This document shows positions 27,266 through 37,791 of a DNA stretch of 64,000 nt, piece by piece. Location of the stretch: positions 61,327 to 125,326 of IMG/VR virus record IMGVR_UViG_3300028626_000002; one strand, given 5' to 3'. The stretch's first letter is position 1; each line of letters starts with the position of its first letter. Under the pieces are notes generated by a model that searched no databases, had not been told where the DNA came from, and saw nothing but the letters and a program-made list of their open reading frames with translations. Source of the stretch: a virus (lineage: Duplodnaviria; Caudoviricetes). Position numbers and translations under genes: made by a program.

Positions 27266-27609
27266 TGACGAACTTCGAAATCGCGGCCGCCCTGACGGAC
27301 ACCGTCGGGCGCATCCCCCACCTGACCGGCCTGTACTTCCGGCCCCTGCCCAGCGAGTCGGAGACGCAGGAGTCGGTCATGCTGCACGCGCTGTACATCG
27401 TGCCCGACGCGGACAAGGTGTACGGCGAGGAAGGCAGCCAGCAGGAGCAGGAGGCGGTGGCCATCGAGGACGAGCAGGAGATGGCCTTCGCCACGCGCAC
27501 GGGCTACGTCCTCGCGGTCATCGACGTCCGGAAGGACGTCCTCGACGGCATGGACGCTCGCAAGGGCATGGTCTTCGAGAAGGTCCCCCTCTACTCGGGG
27601 GTGGTGTGA
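27265..27609 (+). CDS. hypothetical protein
   Basis: TGATG coupling. Confidence 0.65.
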   Translation: MTNFEIAAALTDTVGRIPHLTGLYFRPLPSESETQESVMLHALYIVPDADKVYGEEGSQQEQEAVAIEDEQEMAFATRTGYVLAVIDVRKDVLDGMDARKGMVFEKVPLYSGVV

Positions 27610-27908
27610 TGCCCGAGCTGCCCGACCCCAAGCGCCCGGACAACTGGAAGGAGGAGGTGGCCGAGGTCCACCACCGGCTGGCCGTGGGGCTCAACCCGTA
27701 CCTGAGGTACATCTGGGAGTACGCCACCCCGGAGAACGTGGCCCTGTTCGCAGTCGAGATCCAGATGACCCCCAAGAGCACGCCCGTCAAGACCGAGTTC
27801 ACCGCCACGCCCCTGCAGGCGTACGACCTGCTGCTCCAGCAGCTCAGCGGCCCGGCCACCAGCGTCAAGCCGACGACGTCGGCCGCAGCTGCAGTCCCCC
27901 CGGCGTAG
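27609..27908 (+). CDS. hypothetical protein
   Basis: TGATG coupling. Confidence 0.6.
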   Translation: MPELPDPKRPDNWKEEVAEVHHRLAVGLNPYLRYIWEYATPENVALFAVEIQMTPKSTPVKTEFTATPLQAYDLLLQQLSGPATSVKPTTSAAAAVPPA

Positions 27909-27972
27909 CCGGACAAGCTCGCAAGTACTCGGTATAACAGCTCTGACCGCCACCTTCACCGTAGGAGAAACC

Positions 27973-28782
27973 ATGGACCCGAACGGCATCCTGATCTGGG
28001 GCTTGAGCCACTCGTCGAACCGCCGCCGCCATGCGCGCGCGGGGGAGGAGCTAATGCTCCCGATCACCTCCGCCAACGAGAACCTGCCGAGCCACCTGCA
28101 CCTGCCGAGGAAGACGCCGGACCAGTTCTTCGACTACTACGGCCGGCAGTGGCCGTGGTCCCAGCTGCCGAAGGACATCCAGAACAGCTGGTCCGTCGAC
28201 GAGGTCATCGGTGGCGGACTCGGCGTCCGGCCCAACGGCCGCAACACCCGGTACGCGCACGTCCTGACGTGGGTCGACGACAAGCTCATCATCGAGGAGG
28301 GCACCAAGGCCCCGACCTCGGACGAGCGCACGGTCCTGAACCTGCTCTCCGCCGCGTTCATGCGGCGCTGCGAGCTGGTCTTCCGCGGCGAGCTGGAGAC
28401 CTGGGTCAAGGACCACATCGAGCGGGCGGACGCGACGCCGCTGTCGACCGAGCCCTACGCCCAGTCCTGGTACATCCTGCCCCAGTTCGCGGACGACTTC
28501 ATGGCGATGGCCAAGGCGCTGGACGGCGAGGGCATCCTCATGTACGCCAAGCTGGCCGACGTCCAGGGCAGCGGCGTTCGGCACGAGGTCGAGGCCTACC
28601 TCAAGACCAGGATGGACACGATCACCCCGACGCTCCTCAAGAACCCCACCGAGGAGGACCGGCAGAAGGCCGTGCGGCTGCTGACCGTCGTCATCCCGGC
28701 GTACGACGAGGTCTTCGGTGTCAAGTCCCTGCCGACGGTGGCGCGCGGCATGGCCCTGATGCACGCCATCCTGGGGGTGTGA
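27973..28782 (+). CDS. hypothetical protein
   Basis: AGGAG SD; alternative start at 28054. Confidence 0.7.
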   Translation: MDPNGILIWGLSHSSNRRRHARAGEELMLPITSANENLPSHLHLPRKTPDQFFDYYGRQWPWSQLPKDIQNSWSVDEVIGGGLGVRPNGRNTRYAHVLTWVDDKLIIEEGTKAPTSDERTVLNLLSAAFMRRCELVFRGELETWVKDHIERADATPLSTEPYAQSWYILPQFADDFMAMAKALDGEGILMYAKLADVQGSGVRHEVEAYLKTRMDTITPTLLKNPTEEDRQKAVRLLTVVIPAYDEVFGVKSLPTVARGMALMHAILGV

Positions 28783-28783
28783 C

Positions 28784-30109
28784 ATGGGACTCGACGTCTA
28801 CTTGTGGTACAGCGGCATGGGTGAAAAGGAGCAGCGGCGCTGGGAGAAGCGCGCCGACGAGATCCTGGGCCCCGTCCTGGAGAAGTACACGACCGAGGAG
28901 GTCACTCGGAAGGTGCCGATGCTCTTCGACGGTACGGAGGAGACGCGCACCTACAAGCGGATCCCCGAGGACCAGAAGAAGGCCTGGGCCGACGAGGCGG
29001 AGGCCGCGCTGAGGGCCGAGGGCTTCGTCATCGACCGCATCGGCAACGACTGGGTGCGGGGCAAGCCGCCGCTCGAGGTGGGTGGCCACTTCCAGCAGAA
29101 CTCGGCCATCCACCCCGACCACCTGTTCAAGGTCGGGTACCTCCGCTCGTCGTACAACAGCGGGGGCATCAACAGCATCACCCGTGAGCTGATCGGGATG
29201 GACCTGTACGACGTCTTCGACCCCAAGGACCGGTACAGCTTCGCCCCGGCGTGGGTGGCGGCCCGGGGGCGTGCCGTGCACGTCCAGGAGAAGCTGAAGC
29301 AGAAGGCGGAGGAGCTGGGGGGCCTGTCGGCGGAGGAGATCCCCATCTACCTCAACTCCCACCCGAACACCGAGAAGGAGCGGCCGCACAACTCCCAGGA
29401 GGCCATGGCGGTCTTCCGCAGGCAGTACGAGGGCCAGGTCGGCTTCACCTTGTATTCCAGTGGCCTGGGGCTGTTCATGCTGAAGCACCCCATGCGTACG
29501 GTGGCGCTCATCCGCGGCGCCAACCACGTCCTGGGCACCCGCCCCTCGATGTTCGCGGTGACCCGCCCCTACAACAAGGGCCTCGTGCCGCTCGGCACCC
29601 CGGGCGTCGCCCCGGACGACGTCCAGGTGTACAAGGTCCAGATCACCAACTCGGGGGACAACCCCCTGGGGCTGCCCAGCGACCGGGGGCAGGTCCTGCA
29701 CGCGTACGAGGTGACGCGTTCGCTGGAGCCCCGCGTCGAGTGGCGGAACCCCTGGGACCTCATCCGTGTCGAGAACCCCAGCGAGCAGGTCTACCAGGAC
29801 ATGAAGGACGCCCCCCTCGAGCAGGCCCTCTCGTACGAGGGGCACCAGCGGCTCGTCGTGGCGTACCCGGGCATGTGGTACCCGGGCGGGTTCCTGATGT
29901 ACGCCTTCATCGTGGGCCTCGACGAGGAGACCGGGGTGCCGGTGGGGTACGTCATCGGCCGGCCGTGCGCCGCCGAGGACAAGCTGCAGGACGAGTCCAA
30001 CCTGCAGTGGTACATCAACGCCTACGACGTCGTGATCGAGACCATCGACTTCGTGCTGGCGAAGCCGCCGGCGGAGCGCCGCAAGTGGCGCCTCCACTGG
30101 AGCAGCTGA
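28784..30109 (+). CDS. hypothetical phage protein (MGLD..YLRSSYN type)
   Basis: long ORF with high GC3. Confidence 0.75.
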   Translation: MGLDVYLWYSGMGEKEQRRWEKRADEILGPVLEKYTTEEVTRKVPMLFDGTEETRTYKRIPEDQKKAWADEAEAALRAEGFVIDRIGNDWVRGKPPLEVGGHFQQNSAIHPDHLFKVGYLRSSYNSGGINSITRELIGMDLYDVFDPKDRYSFAPAWVAARGRAVHVQEKLKQKAEELGGLSAEEIPIYLNSHPNTEKERPHNSQEAMAVFRRQYEGQVGFTLYSSGLGLFMLKHPMRTVALIRGANHVLGTRPSMFAVTRPYNKGLVPLGTPGVAPDDVQVYKVQITNSGDNPLGLPSDRGQVLHAYEVTRSLEPRVEWRNPWDLIRVENPSEQVYQDMKDAPLEQALSYEGHQRLVVAYPGMWYPGGFLMYAFIVGLDEETGVPVGYVIGRPCAAEDKLQDESNLQWYINAYDVVIETIDFVLAKPPAERRKWRLHWSS

Positions 30110-30173
30110 CATCGGGTCATGTGGGCCTGCCCTTCTCCCGCAAAGGGGGGAGGGGCAGGCCCTGTTCTCTAGC

Positions 30174-30581
30174 TTGGAGGCGACATTGAGCAAGGTGGAT
30201 CTGCGAGAGGCCCTGGATGCGCAGCACAAGGACGACGTGATCGTCATCGTCCGACGGCCCTACTCGGCGAACCCCGCCGACAGCTACCTGGAGGTGGTGC
30301 TCGCGTTCCGCGGGGACGAGCCCATGATGCCCTGGGTCACCTGGACCTACAACAAGCAGTCCGGTGGCTACGGCGAGGGCCACTACTTCAGCGACATCGT
30401 CAAGGCCGCGAATGACTTCGAGGTCCGCGGCACCAAGAAGCAGCAGGAGACGGTCAAGGTCGCCGTTTTGCAGGAGCAGCTGGCACGGGCCGCCGACCTG
30501 CTGGAGGTCCTGAAGAACGGCGGGGATGACAGCGTGTGGACCGAGGTGGACGAACTCATCGAGGAGGTCAGGGAAGGATGA
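30174..30581 (+). CDS. hypothetical protein
   Basis: ORF; start uncertain. Confidence 0.6.
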   Translation: MEATLSKVDLREALDAQHKDDVIVIVRRPYSANPADSYLEVVLAFRGDEPMMPWVTWTYNKQSGGYGEGHYFSDIVKAANDFEVRGTKKQQETVKVAVLQEQLARAADLLEVLKNGGDDSVWTEVDELIEEVREG

Positions 30582-31171
30582 AGGACGACAGCAAGGTGTG
30601 CGAGTGCGAGTGCGAGTGCGAGTGCGAGTGCGAGGACATGCACAAGGAGAAGGACCCCAACGACACGCGGGTCCACCTGAACGAGGAGAACGAGAAGTTC
30701 CAGAAGGAGATCGTCCCGCAGTGGGAGAAGGAGCTGGATGGGCTGAAGACCCCCGAGGACCTGGCGAAGTTCGTCCACCACCTGATGGACGACTACGTGC
30801 ACGACTACGGGACCGTCTGCTACGCCCTGGGCTACGCGGCGCTGGCCGGCGCCAGGGTGGCCGACCGCCACCCCGGGCAGGGTGGCATCACGGGCTTCCA
30901 GGCGGGGGCCGTGATGTGGACCTTCATCCAGAAGTGGACCCTCGAGAAGGGGCCCATGAAGCTGGTGCGGTTCAGCAACATGCTCTACCCCCAGTACGAC
31001 TACCGGTTCGCCCGCACCATCACGAAGGACACGTGGGGGTGGCTGAAGGCCGAGGCCAAGCGCCTGCTGCAGGAGAGCAGCGACGCCGCCGCTGAGCGCG
31101 TCGTCGAGCACTGGAAGTCCATCGTGGCCGGCGTGGTCCCCTTCGGCTACGCCGTCGCGGACGACGACTGA
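30578..31171 (+). CDS. hypothetical protein with N-terminal (CE)6 repeat
   Basis: ATGA coupling; (TGCGAG)6 at 30599-30634. Confidence 0.7.
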   Translation: MKDDSKVCECECECECECEDMHKEKDPNDTRVHLNEENEKFQKEIVPQWEKELDGLKTPEDLAKFVHHLMDDYVHDYGTVCYALGYAALAGARVADRHPGQGGITGFQAGAVMWTFIQKWTLEKGPMKLVRFSNMLYPQYDYRFARTITKDTWGWLKAEAKRLLQESSDAAAERVVEHWKSIVAGVVPFGYAVADDD

Positions 31172-32004
31172 TGGACGAGAACCGCTGGAACTTCGACGAG
31201 ATCGACTGGCCCACCACCAGCTTCAACCTGCGCTCCCACCTCGTCCTCGCCGCCCGCCGGGGCAGCGAGGCCCACGGCACGTACATCCCGCCCGAGGACG
31301 CCACCGGCGTCGACGACCGGGATGTGCTGGGCATCGTCGTGTCGCCCCTCGACCACTACATGGGGGTCAGGAACGACTGGTCGAAGGCGGAGGCCCAGAG
31401 CATCAAGGGTCCGTGGGACGTCGTGCTCTACGACGCCCGCAAGTACGTACGTCTGCTCATGGCACAGAACCCCAACATCCTGATGAGCCTCTGGTGCGAG
31501 CCCGAGGACTACCTGTACATCTCGGAGTTCGGCAGGGCCCTCCTGGGCATGCGCGAGCACTTCAAGGGCCGCCACGCGTTCCACGACGCGTGCGTCGGCT
31601 ACGCCCGGGGGCAGCTCTACAAGATGACCCACGGCAGCCTCGGCACGGGGTACATGGGCGAGAAGCGCAAGGCCCTGGTCGAGCAGTTCGGCTACGACTG
31701 CAAGAACGCGGCGCACCTCCTCCGCCTCCTGTACATGGGCGCCGAGTTCCACAAAGAGGGTGTGCTGCACGTCCGCCGCACGTGGGACCGTGAGCGGCTC
31801 ATCGACATCAAGCGGGGCAAGCACACGCTGCAGGAGGTCTCCAAGATGGCGGAGGACGCCTTCCGTGAGGCGAACGCCGCGTACGCGGAGAGCGTGCTGC
31901 CGGAGAAGGTGGACACCGACCTCATCAACAAGGTGTTCACGGAGATGATGACGGGCTGGTTCTTCAGGCTGCAGCTGAAGACCCTGCGGCTGCAGGAGGG
32001 CTGA
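31171..32004 (+). CDS. Pol-beta superfamily nucleotidyltransferase (RlaP/YcgL-like)
   Basis: GSEAHGT..DDRDVLG, NPNILMSLW, GYDCKNAAHLLRLL. Confidence 0.8.
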   Translation: MDENRWNFDEIDWPTTSFNLRSHLVLAARRGSEAHGTYIPPEDATGVDDRDVLGIVVSPLDHYMGVRNDWSKAEAQSIKGPWDVVLYDARKYVRLLMAQNPNILMSLWCEPEDYLYISEFGRALLGMREHFKGRHAFHDACVGYARGQLYKMTHGSLGTGYMGEKRKALVEQFGYDCKNAAHLLRLLYMGAEFHKEGVLHVRRTWDRERLIDIKRGKHTLQEVSKMAEDAFREANAAYAESVLPEKVDTDLINKVFTEMMTGWFFRLQLKTLRLQEG

Positions 32005-32049
32005 CTTGACTGACGGCCTCCCAGTGTTAGAATGGCCAGGGAGGTGGGC

Positions 32050-32823
32050 GTGAAGAAGCTCAGCGATGACGACCTATTGCTTGCCGTGGACGCGTACGAG
32101 AACGGCGTGTCGGCCGTGCTACTGGGGCAGCAGTACGGGGTAACTCCAGAGTGCCTGTACCAACGGTTCCGAGCACTTGGCGTCACTCCGCGCCCTCGAG
32201 ACGCCGCTCGCAGAGAGTACGATCTCGATGAGGGCGCGTTCGACGTCCTTACGCCGGAGTCGCGCTACTGGCTGGGGTTCTTGATGGCTGACGGGTGCGT
32301 CTGCGGTACCGCGCTGACCGTGGCACTGCGGCGGCAGGACGAGGGTCATCTGGCAGCCCTTGCCCGGTTCCTGGGAACCAGCCGACCTGTGAGGTACGTG
32401 TCGCAGAACGGCTCCGCGTATCTGAGGGTCAGGTCGGCCCGACTGGTGGCAGCACTCGCCGCATACGGGGTAACCCCGCGGAAAAGCCTGCACGCCAAGG
32501 CCCTGCTGGGGGTAGACCACCACTCCGAGTTCTGGTTGGGTGCACTGGACGGCGACGGCTGGGTGGGCAGCTACCGAGGGATCCTACAGGTCGGCTACTG
32601 CGGCTCCGCTGAGCTGATGGAACAGTGTGCAGACTTCGTTGCCGGCACCACCACAGGGCACAAGGGAGACCGCAGGCCTAGCGTCCAGCGGCGGCACGAT
32701 CAGAACGTCAGCCTGGTCACGGTATATGGGAAGCGAGCACGACAACTGCTCGAGCAGCTGCACTCCGCCAGCCCCGTTTGCCTGGGGAGGAAGTTGCGTA
32801 GATGGGAGGAGGTGCGAGGCTGA
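32050..32823 (+). CDS. double-motif LAGLIDADG homing endonuclease with N-terminal HTH
   Basis: YWLGFLMADG and FWLGALDGDG; TTGACT-16-TAGAAT promoter; paralogous to 23663-24457. Confidence 0.87.
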   Translation: MKKLSDDDLLLAVDAYENGVSAVLLGQQYGVTPECLYQRFRALGVTPRPRDAARREYDLDEGAFDVLTPESRYWLGFLMADGCVCGTALTVALRRQDEGHLAALARFLGTSRPVRYVSQNGSAYLRVRSARLVAALAAYGVTPRKSLHAKALLGVDHHSEFWLGALDGDGWVGSYRGILQVGYCGSAELMEQCADFVAGTTTGHKGDRRPSVQRRHDQNVSLVTVYGKRARQLLEQLHSASPVCLGRKLRRWEEVRG

Positions 32824-32943
32824 TGGTACATTTGTGCAAGGACCCCTGCCCGGGGGACCGGGGGAAGCACGAGCAGACGTACGGCCTGCGGCCGTCGGAG
32901 AAGCTGTCCCCCAAGCTCAACGAGAAGTACACGGAGGACACGT

Positions 32944-33438
32944 ATGGGCGCTGACCTTCTCGTCGCCATGACCGAGATCAAGCGAGGGCGTCAGCCCGAC
33001 TGGGCCGCGGCCGAGGCTCACCTGGAGAAGCTCTCGACCGTCGACTGCTACCGCATCATCGAGCAGGTGCAGCAGCTCGGAGTCGAGGTTCCCTCCGAGG
33101 AGGAACTCGCCAGGGTGCGCCAGAAGGAGCAGGAGGGCGCCGACCTGACGAACGACGAGGACATCTTCCTCAGTGCGCTGGATGACCTGGGGGATGACCC
33201 CAAGGGGCGCCTCAAGAGCGCCCTGGCCAGCTGCAAGGTCGGCTGGGAGGGCGGGCTCCGCATGATGACCGCCATGCGCGGCCACTACACCGACATCCTG
33301 CTGGCTGGCGGGGTGTCGTGGGGCGATTCCATCGAGGAGTGCGAGGACCTCCAGTACTTCGTGGAGTCCGGCTGCGCCAAGGCGGCCGGCTTCCTCGACA
33401 GGTCCTCCCTCAACTTCACGAGCATCCGTGTCGGGTGA
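32944..33438 (+). CDS. hypothetical protein
   Basis: GGAGG SD. Confidence 0.7.
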   Translation: MGADLLVAMTEIKRGRQPDWAAAEAHLEKLSTVDCYRIIEQVQQLGVEVPSEEELARVRQKEQEGADLTNDEDIFLSALDDLGDDPKGRLKSALASCKVGWEGGLRMMTAMRGHYTDILLAGGVSWGDSIEECEDLQYFVESGCAKAAGFLDRSSLNFTSIRVG

Positions 33439-33483
33439 TCTTCCCGCAAGGGTCGCACCCTTCTCATTCAACAGGGAGACAGC

Positions 33484-33918
33484 ATGATGCAGTTCAAGGT
33501 CGGAGACCGCGTGTGGTTCGGCCGCCCGAACGGCGAGCAGACGCTCGGCGAGGTCATCAAGGTCAACCTCCGGACGTACAAGATCCGGCAGCTCGAGGAA
33601 CGCCTCGGCGACGGGTCGAAGCGGCGGCCCGTCGGCACGGTCTGGACGGTGCCCAGCGAGTTCGTGGTGGCCGCCACGGGCGCCGAGGGCAAGCAGCTGC
33701 CCAGGCCGCTCCCCGGCATGCGCCCCAGCCTCCCGGCGGACCGCGCCCACTTCGGGCAGGCGCAGTTCCGGGTCGGTGACAGCATCCAGTTCAAGGGCAA
33801 GGGCCAGGTCGTGAAGGGCATCATCTCGAAGGTCAACCGGAGCACCTACAGCGTGGTGGTGCCCGGGGAGCCCCGCGGGTGGAAGGTGCCCTTCGAGATG
33901 GCCTCGGCCGCGGCCTGA
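33484..33918 (+). CDS. small protein with two tandem SH3/KOW-like beta-barrels
   Basis: QFKVGDRVWF..GEVIKVN and QFRVGDSIQF..GIISKVN repeats. Confidence 0.6.
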   Translation: MMQFKVGDRVWFGRPNGEQTLGEVIKVNLRTYKIRQLEERLGDGSKRRPVGTVWTVPSEFVVAATGAEGKQLPRPLPGMRPSLPADRAHFGQAQFRVGDSIQFKGKGQVVKGIISKVNRSTYSVVVPGEPRGWKVPFEMASAAA

Positions 33919-33925
33919 TCCCACT

Positions 33926-33967
33926 CCCACCCCCCGGCCTCTGGCCGGGGGGTGGGGGCCGACTTTC
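33926..33967 (+). terminator. hairpin terminator
   Basis: CCCACCCCCCGGCC-TCT-GGCCGGGGGGTGGG. Confidence 0.6.
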
Positions 33968-34107
33968 TGCAATGAAATCTAGCTATAAGAAAGATGAGCC
34001 CCATCTGGTGCGACCGCCGTCGGTCGCCAACATGCCTCACCCCCTTGGCGTGTTGGCGACCGACGGCGAGCGCCGTAGACCCGTTGTAGCTCTTGCACGG
34101 AGGTGAC

Positions 34108-34299
34108 ATGCTCACGCGCCTTGTCCACTGCCGCTGCGGACGGTCAGTGGAGTGCCACGACATCCGCAACACCTGCACCTGCGGCCGGGAGTACAATCTC
34201 TCTGGTCGACGCGTGGACGCCGACAGGCACCTGGAGACCGAGAACTGGCTGCTCCTGTCGGGATGGACTGGACCCTTCAATGAGGAGGTACTGGGGTGA
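34108..34299 (+). CDS. small Zn-ribbon protein
   Basis: CRCG..CTCG; GGAGG SD. Confidence 0.55.
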   Translation: MLTRLVHCRCGRSVECHDIRNTCTCGREYNLSGRRVDADRHLETENWLLLSGWTGPFNEEVLG

Positions 34300-34730
34300 G
34301 CAACGAGAAGCGCGAGTGGGTCGTGGAGCAGACGTTCGAGCAGGACGGGCTCGCGGTCGAGGTCTCCTCCTCCGTCGGGGGGACCGGGCGCAAGTTCTAC
34401 TCCATGCGCACGGGGCGCGTGGATAAGGAGAAGGTGGTGCCGGCGTTCCACCCGGGCGTCGGCATCTTCACCGAGCGCACGGAGGACCACAGCATCAAGC
34501 TGAAGGTCAACTACGCGGCGGTGTTCTCCACCCTCCTGCTCCGGGCCCAGGGCTGGGTCACCCAGCGGCTGGAGGAGGAGCGGGCGGCCTACGTCGCCAG
34601 CCAGCCGCGCGCGCCGCGCCCCACCGGTGGTGACCGCCGGGACGGCCCGCCCCGCGGAGGGCGCACCATGCGCCCGGGCAAGACCGCCCGGGACCGCGAG
34701 AAGCAGCGGGTCAAGGGGCCGCAGGCGTAA
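34296..34730 (+). CDS. hypothetical protein
   Basis: GTGA coupling. Confidence 0.65.
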   Translation: MSNEKREWVVEQTFEQDGLAVEVSSSVGGTGRKFYSMRTGRVDKEKVVPAFHPGVGIFTERTEDHSIKLKVNYAAVFSTLLLRAQGWVTQRLEEERAAYVASQPRAPRPTGGDRRDGPPRGGRTMRPGKTARDREKQRVKGPQA

Positions 34731-34873
34731 TGAAGATCGTGGAGCCCGACTACGGGCGGTGGCACATTCGCACCGCCCGTAGTCGGTCCCATGTGAACCC
34801 AGTCAGGGCGTGGCCGGCGCCGCCGGACCTCACGGCCTATCTACAACCACATCGAGGGAAACGGAGGTTCCGC

Positions 34874-36421
34874 ATGAACGTAGTCGTCGTAGGGGGCGAG
34901 TGGGCCATTCTCCAGCGAGGGCTAGGGCCCAAGCTGGAGGACCTGGGGCTCCACATCGTTCACCATCACTCGTGGGATGAACGAGGTCCGATGACGACCT
35001 TCCCGAGAGACGCCGAGGGTGTCATCATCCTGAAGTCGGTCATTAGTCACTCAGTGTCCATCGACACCATGAAGGCAGCGTCGGCGAAGGGGCTCAAGGT
35101 GGCCGTCGTGGACCACAAGCTCAGCTTCGCCCTGCCAGTCCTGAAGGCGCAGGGCTTCCTCTCGGGCAACAGCATCGTCCCTGTGGAGGAGCAGGTCCTC
35201 AAGTCGGCCAGGGAGTACATCGAGGAGGTGCGCTCCACCGACGCCGGTAGGGCCCCTGGGTACGACGAAGTCGTCGAGAAGGTGGCCGAGGGCCTGGGCA
35301 TCCCGGACGTTCAGGCGGTGTACGGCCGCAAGCAGTACGGCAAGGACATCGCCGAGACGACCCCGGTGCTGGTGCAGGTTCCCGCAGAGCCACCCCCCGA
35401 GCCGGCCCCGGCCGCCCCGCCGGGGCCCAGCAAGCAGGACGTCGTCGATACCGTCGCCATGTACCTCGACGACGAGCCGATTCGTGCCACCCACGCAACC
35501 GCGGAGATTGCCTCGGCGGTGCAGTCGCTGGTCGGCACGACCTTGGACATCTCTGCGTGGGTCGATGACGGCATCACCGGGTGGAAGGCCAAGTGGCGGA
35601 AGGTGCCGGCCAAGGGACCCGAGCGGGTGGCCTTCTCCGAGCTGAAGCAGCGGTTCGCAGAGCAGCTCATGACGGAGGCAGCCAAGGACCCGGCGCTCAA
35701 GACACCGTCGGCCCTGGCCCGGCACACTGGTGACGTGCTCATCGCAGTGTTCGGCTCCTCCGTGAACACGGGCTTCCTGCAGAAGATGGCGGTGGACGCC
35801 CGGGCGGGGACGCCACCGGTGCCGGCGGTGCCGAAGAGCATGGCCGAGCAGCTGATGGACCTCGCCGCCTTCGTGGAGGAGGCGCAGCAGCTCAAGTCCC
35901 GCGTCGACGGTGTCTTCGACATCTTCGACAGCCTCGAGACCAGGGTCGAGGAACTGGCCGGCAAGCAGCCGGACCTGACCGAGGTTCGCGGGTGGGTGCA
36001 GGGGCAGCTGGCCGCGGCCGAGTCGGCCAGGCAGACGCTCGTCACGCGCGTCGAGAGCATCGGCAAGCAGCTGGGGGAGCTGCTGGCCGCCCAGCGTGTC
36101 GAGAGCACCCTCGCCAAGAAGGTGGAGGCGTTGCAGACCCAGATCAGGCACCACGCCGCCAACGTCGAGACCCTACAGAAGGCGGTCGACGCCAAGAACC
36201 GCAAGACGCAGGAGCTGATCGACGGGGCCACGCGCGCGGCGGCCGCCAGCTACGCGCAGGAAGCCGAGTACCAGCGTGCGCTGGAGCAGATGCAGGCGGC
36301 CTCCGACGTAATCGTGGAGGGGGTCAGGGTCGCCCTGCGGGATGAGGTTCGTGCGATGGTGCGGGAGATGATGGGCGGCGTGGCCTTCGTGCTGCGCCCG
36401 GAGTTCAAGGAGGGAACGTGA
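34874..36421 (+). CDS. DUF2325-like N-terminal domain plus coiled-coil protein
   Basis: VVVVGG...IILKSVISHS...KGLKVAVV; heptad-rich C-terminus. Confidence 0.55.
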   Translation: MNVVVVGGEWAILQRGLGPKLEDLGLHIVHHHSWDERGPMTTFPRDAEGVIILKSVISHSVSIDTMKAASAKGLKVAVVDHKLSFALPVLKAQGFLSGNSIVPVEEQVLKSAREYIEEVRSTDAGRAPGYDEVVEKVAEGLGIPDVQAVYGRKQYGKDIAETTPVLVQVPAEPPPEPAPAAPPGPSKQDVVDTVAMYLDDEPIRATHATAEIASAVQSLVGTTLDISAWVDDGITGWKAKWRKVPAKGPERVAFSELKQRFAEQLMTEAAKDPALKTPSALARHTGDVLIAVFGSSVNTGFLQKMAVDARAGTPPVPAVPKSMAEQLMDLAAFVEEAQQLKSRVDGVFDIFDSLETRVEELAGKQPDLTEVRGWVQGQLAAAESARQTLVTRVESIGKQLGELLAAQRVESTLAKKVEALQTQIRHHAANVETLQKAVDAKNRKTQELIDGATRAAAASYAQEAEYQRALEQMQAASDVIVEGVRVALRDEVRAMVREMMGGVAFVLRPEFKEGT

Positions 36422-36446
36422 AGCGGGCGAAGTCCAAGCCAGGGGG

Positions 36447-36824
36447 GTGGAGATGAAACGAGTCGTCATCGTCGACTGGACGGAGTACGAGAGGGGCTGG
36501 GGCTGCCGGCCCGACGGCGTGAGCGTCCACCTGAGCGTCGAGGACGCGAGGGCGTACGCGGAGGCGTACAACCAGACCTACAACAACGCCCCGAGCGCCC
36601 CGGACGAGTACAGCATGCCCGAGATCGAGAGCATGGGCATCGCGGAGGTTTCCGACGAGCTGTGGGAGGAGCTGCGTGACCTGCGCTCCCGCACACTGGA
36701 GGGCCTCCGCGAGCTGTGGGAGGAGAAGGAACCCCAGGAGTGGAGGAAGTTCGGCCGGCACCTGTTCGGCAAGGACATCCCCCAGCGCATCAAGGTCTCG
36801 CTGAACGAGCTGGTCAGCCGCTAG
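36447..36824 (+). CDS. hypothetical phage protein
   Basis: WTEYERGWGCRPDGVS..PDEYS. Confidence 0.7.
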   Translation: MEMKRVVIVDWTEYERGWGCRPDGVSVHLSVEDARAYAEAYNQTYNNAPSAPDEYSMPEIESMGIAEVSDELWEELRDLRSRTLEGLRELWEEKEPQEWRKFGRHLFGKDIPQRIKVSLNELVSR

Positions 36825-36951
36825 AGCAAGGTTCCCGGCCACACCCTCCCACGACGGGCGGGTGTGGCCGGGAACATTCCGTATTCGCTGTTATAAGTGC
36901 TACGTAAGGCACCAGGAGACACCCCTCATGAACCACGGGAGGTACAGGCCC

Positions 36952-37791
36952 ATGCACACGGAACTCGACACTCGCATGAAGGAGAAGGAGGTCTTCTCCC
37001 AGCTCAAGCTGGGGGAGGACCGCTACACCGTGGTGCGCTGCGACGGCCGCGCCTTCCACACGTTCGTCGAGGACGCGTTCCTCCGGCGTCCGTTCGACGA
37101 GCGCTTCGCCAAGGCCATGGCCTACGGCGCCAGCATGATGATGGAGGAGCTGCGCGGCGTCTTCGCGTACACCCAGAGCGACGAGGTCAGCATCCTGCTC
37201 AGCAAGAAGGCTGCCCTGTACGACGGGCGCGCCGAGAAGCTGGCGTCGGTCGGCGCCTCCATCATGGCCGTGAACTTCAACATCGCGTTTCGGGACCTGT
37301 GGAAGCCGCCGGCCATGCGCCCTGACGAGCCCACGTGGGTGCCGCCGAACCACCCGCCGCCCGCGTACTTCGACGGCCGCACCGTGGTTCTCGACGACCC
37401 GCAGGACGTGGCCGAGTACTTCCGGTGGCGCCAGCTGGACGCCAGGCGCAACGCCGTGAACAGCCAGGTCTACTGGATGCTGCGGGAGGAGGGCAAGTCC
37501 CCGAAGGCCGCGCACTCCATCATGGTCAACAAGAGCTCCGAGGAGCTGATCAGCCTGCTGCCCCGCGACTACGACGGCGCGCCCCTCGCCGGTGGTCCCG
37601 TCTGGGCGGTCAACGGCATCGGCGTACGCCGGGAGGTCGTGCGGAGGACCGGCCACAACCCCATCACCAACGAGGACGTCGAGGTCGAGCGCCGGCGCAT
37701 CGTCACCAACTGGCAGCAGGGCGACGTGGTGCCGACGGTGCTCAAGGCCATCGAGGAGGAGGAGCAGGCCCTCAGCAAGGAGACGAAGTAG
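36952..37791 (+). CDS. thg1: Thg1-like tRNA(His) guanylyltransferase / 3'-5' RNA polymerase
   Basis: VRCDGRAFHTF, YTQSDEVS, DGRAEKLAS, FDGR, YFRWRQLDARRN. Confidence 0.92.
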   Translation: MHTELDTRMKEKEVFSQLKLGEDRYTVVRCDGRAFHTFVEDAFLRRPFDERFAKAMAYGASMMMEELRGVFAYTQSDEVSILLSKKAALYDGRAEKLASVGASIMAVNFNIAFRDLWKPPAMRPDEPTWVPPNHPPPAYFDGRTVVLDDPQDVAEYFRWRQLDARRNAVNSQVYWMLREEGKSPKAAHSIMVNKSSEELISLLPRDYDGAPLAGGPVWAVNGIGVRREVVRRTGHNPITNEDVEVERRRIVTNWQQGDVVPTVLKAIEEEEQALSKETK

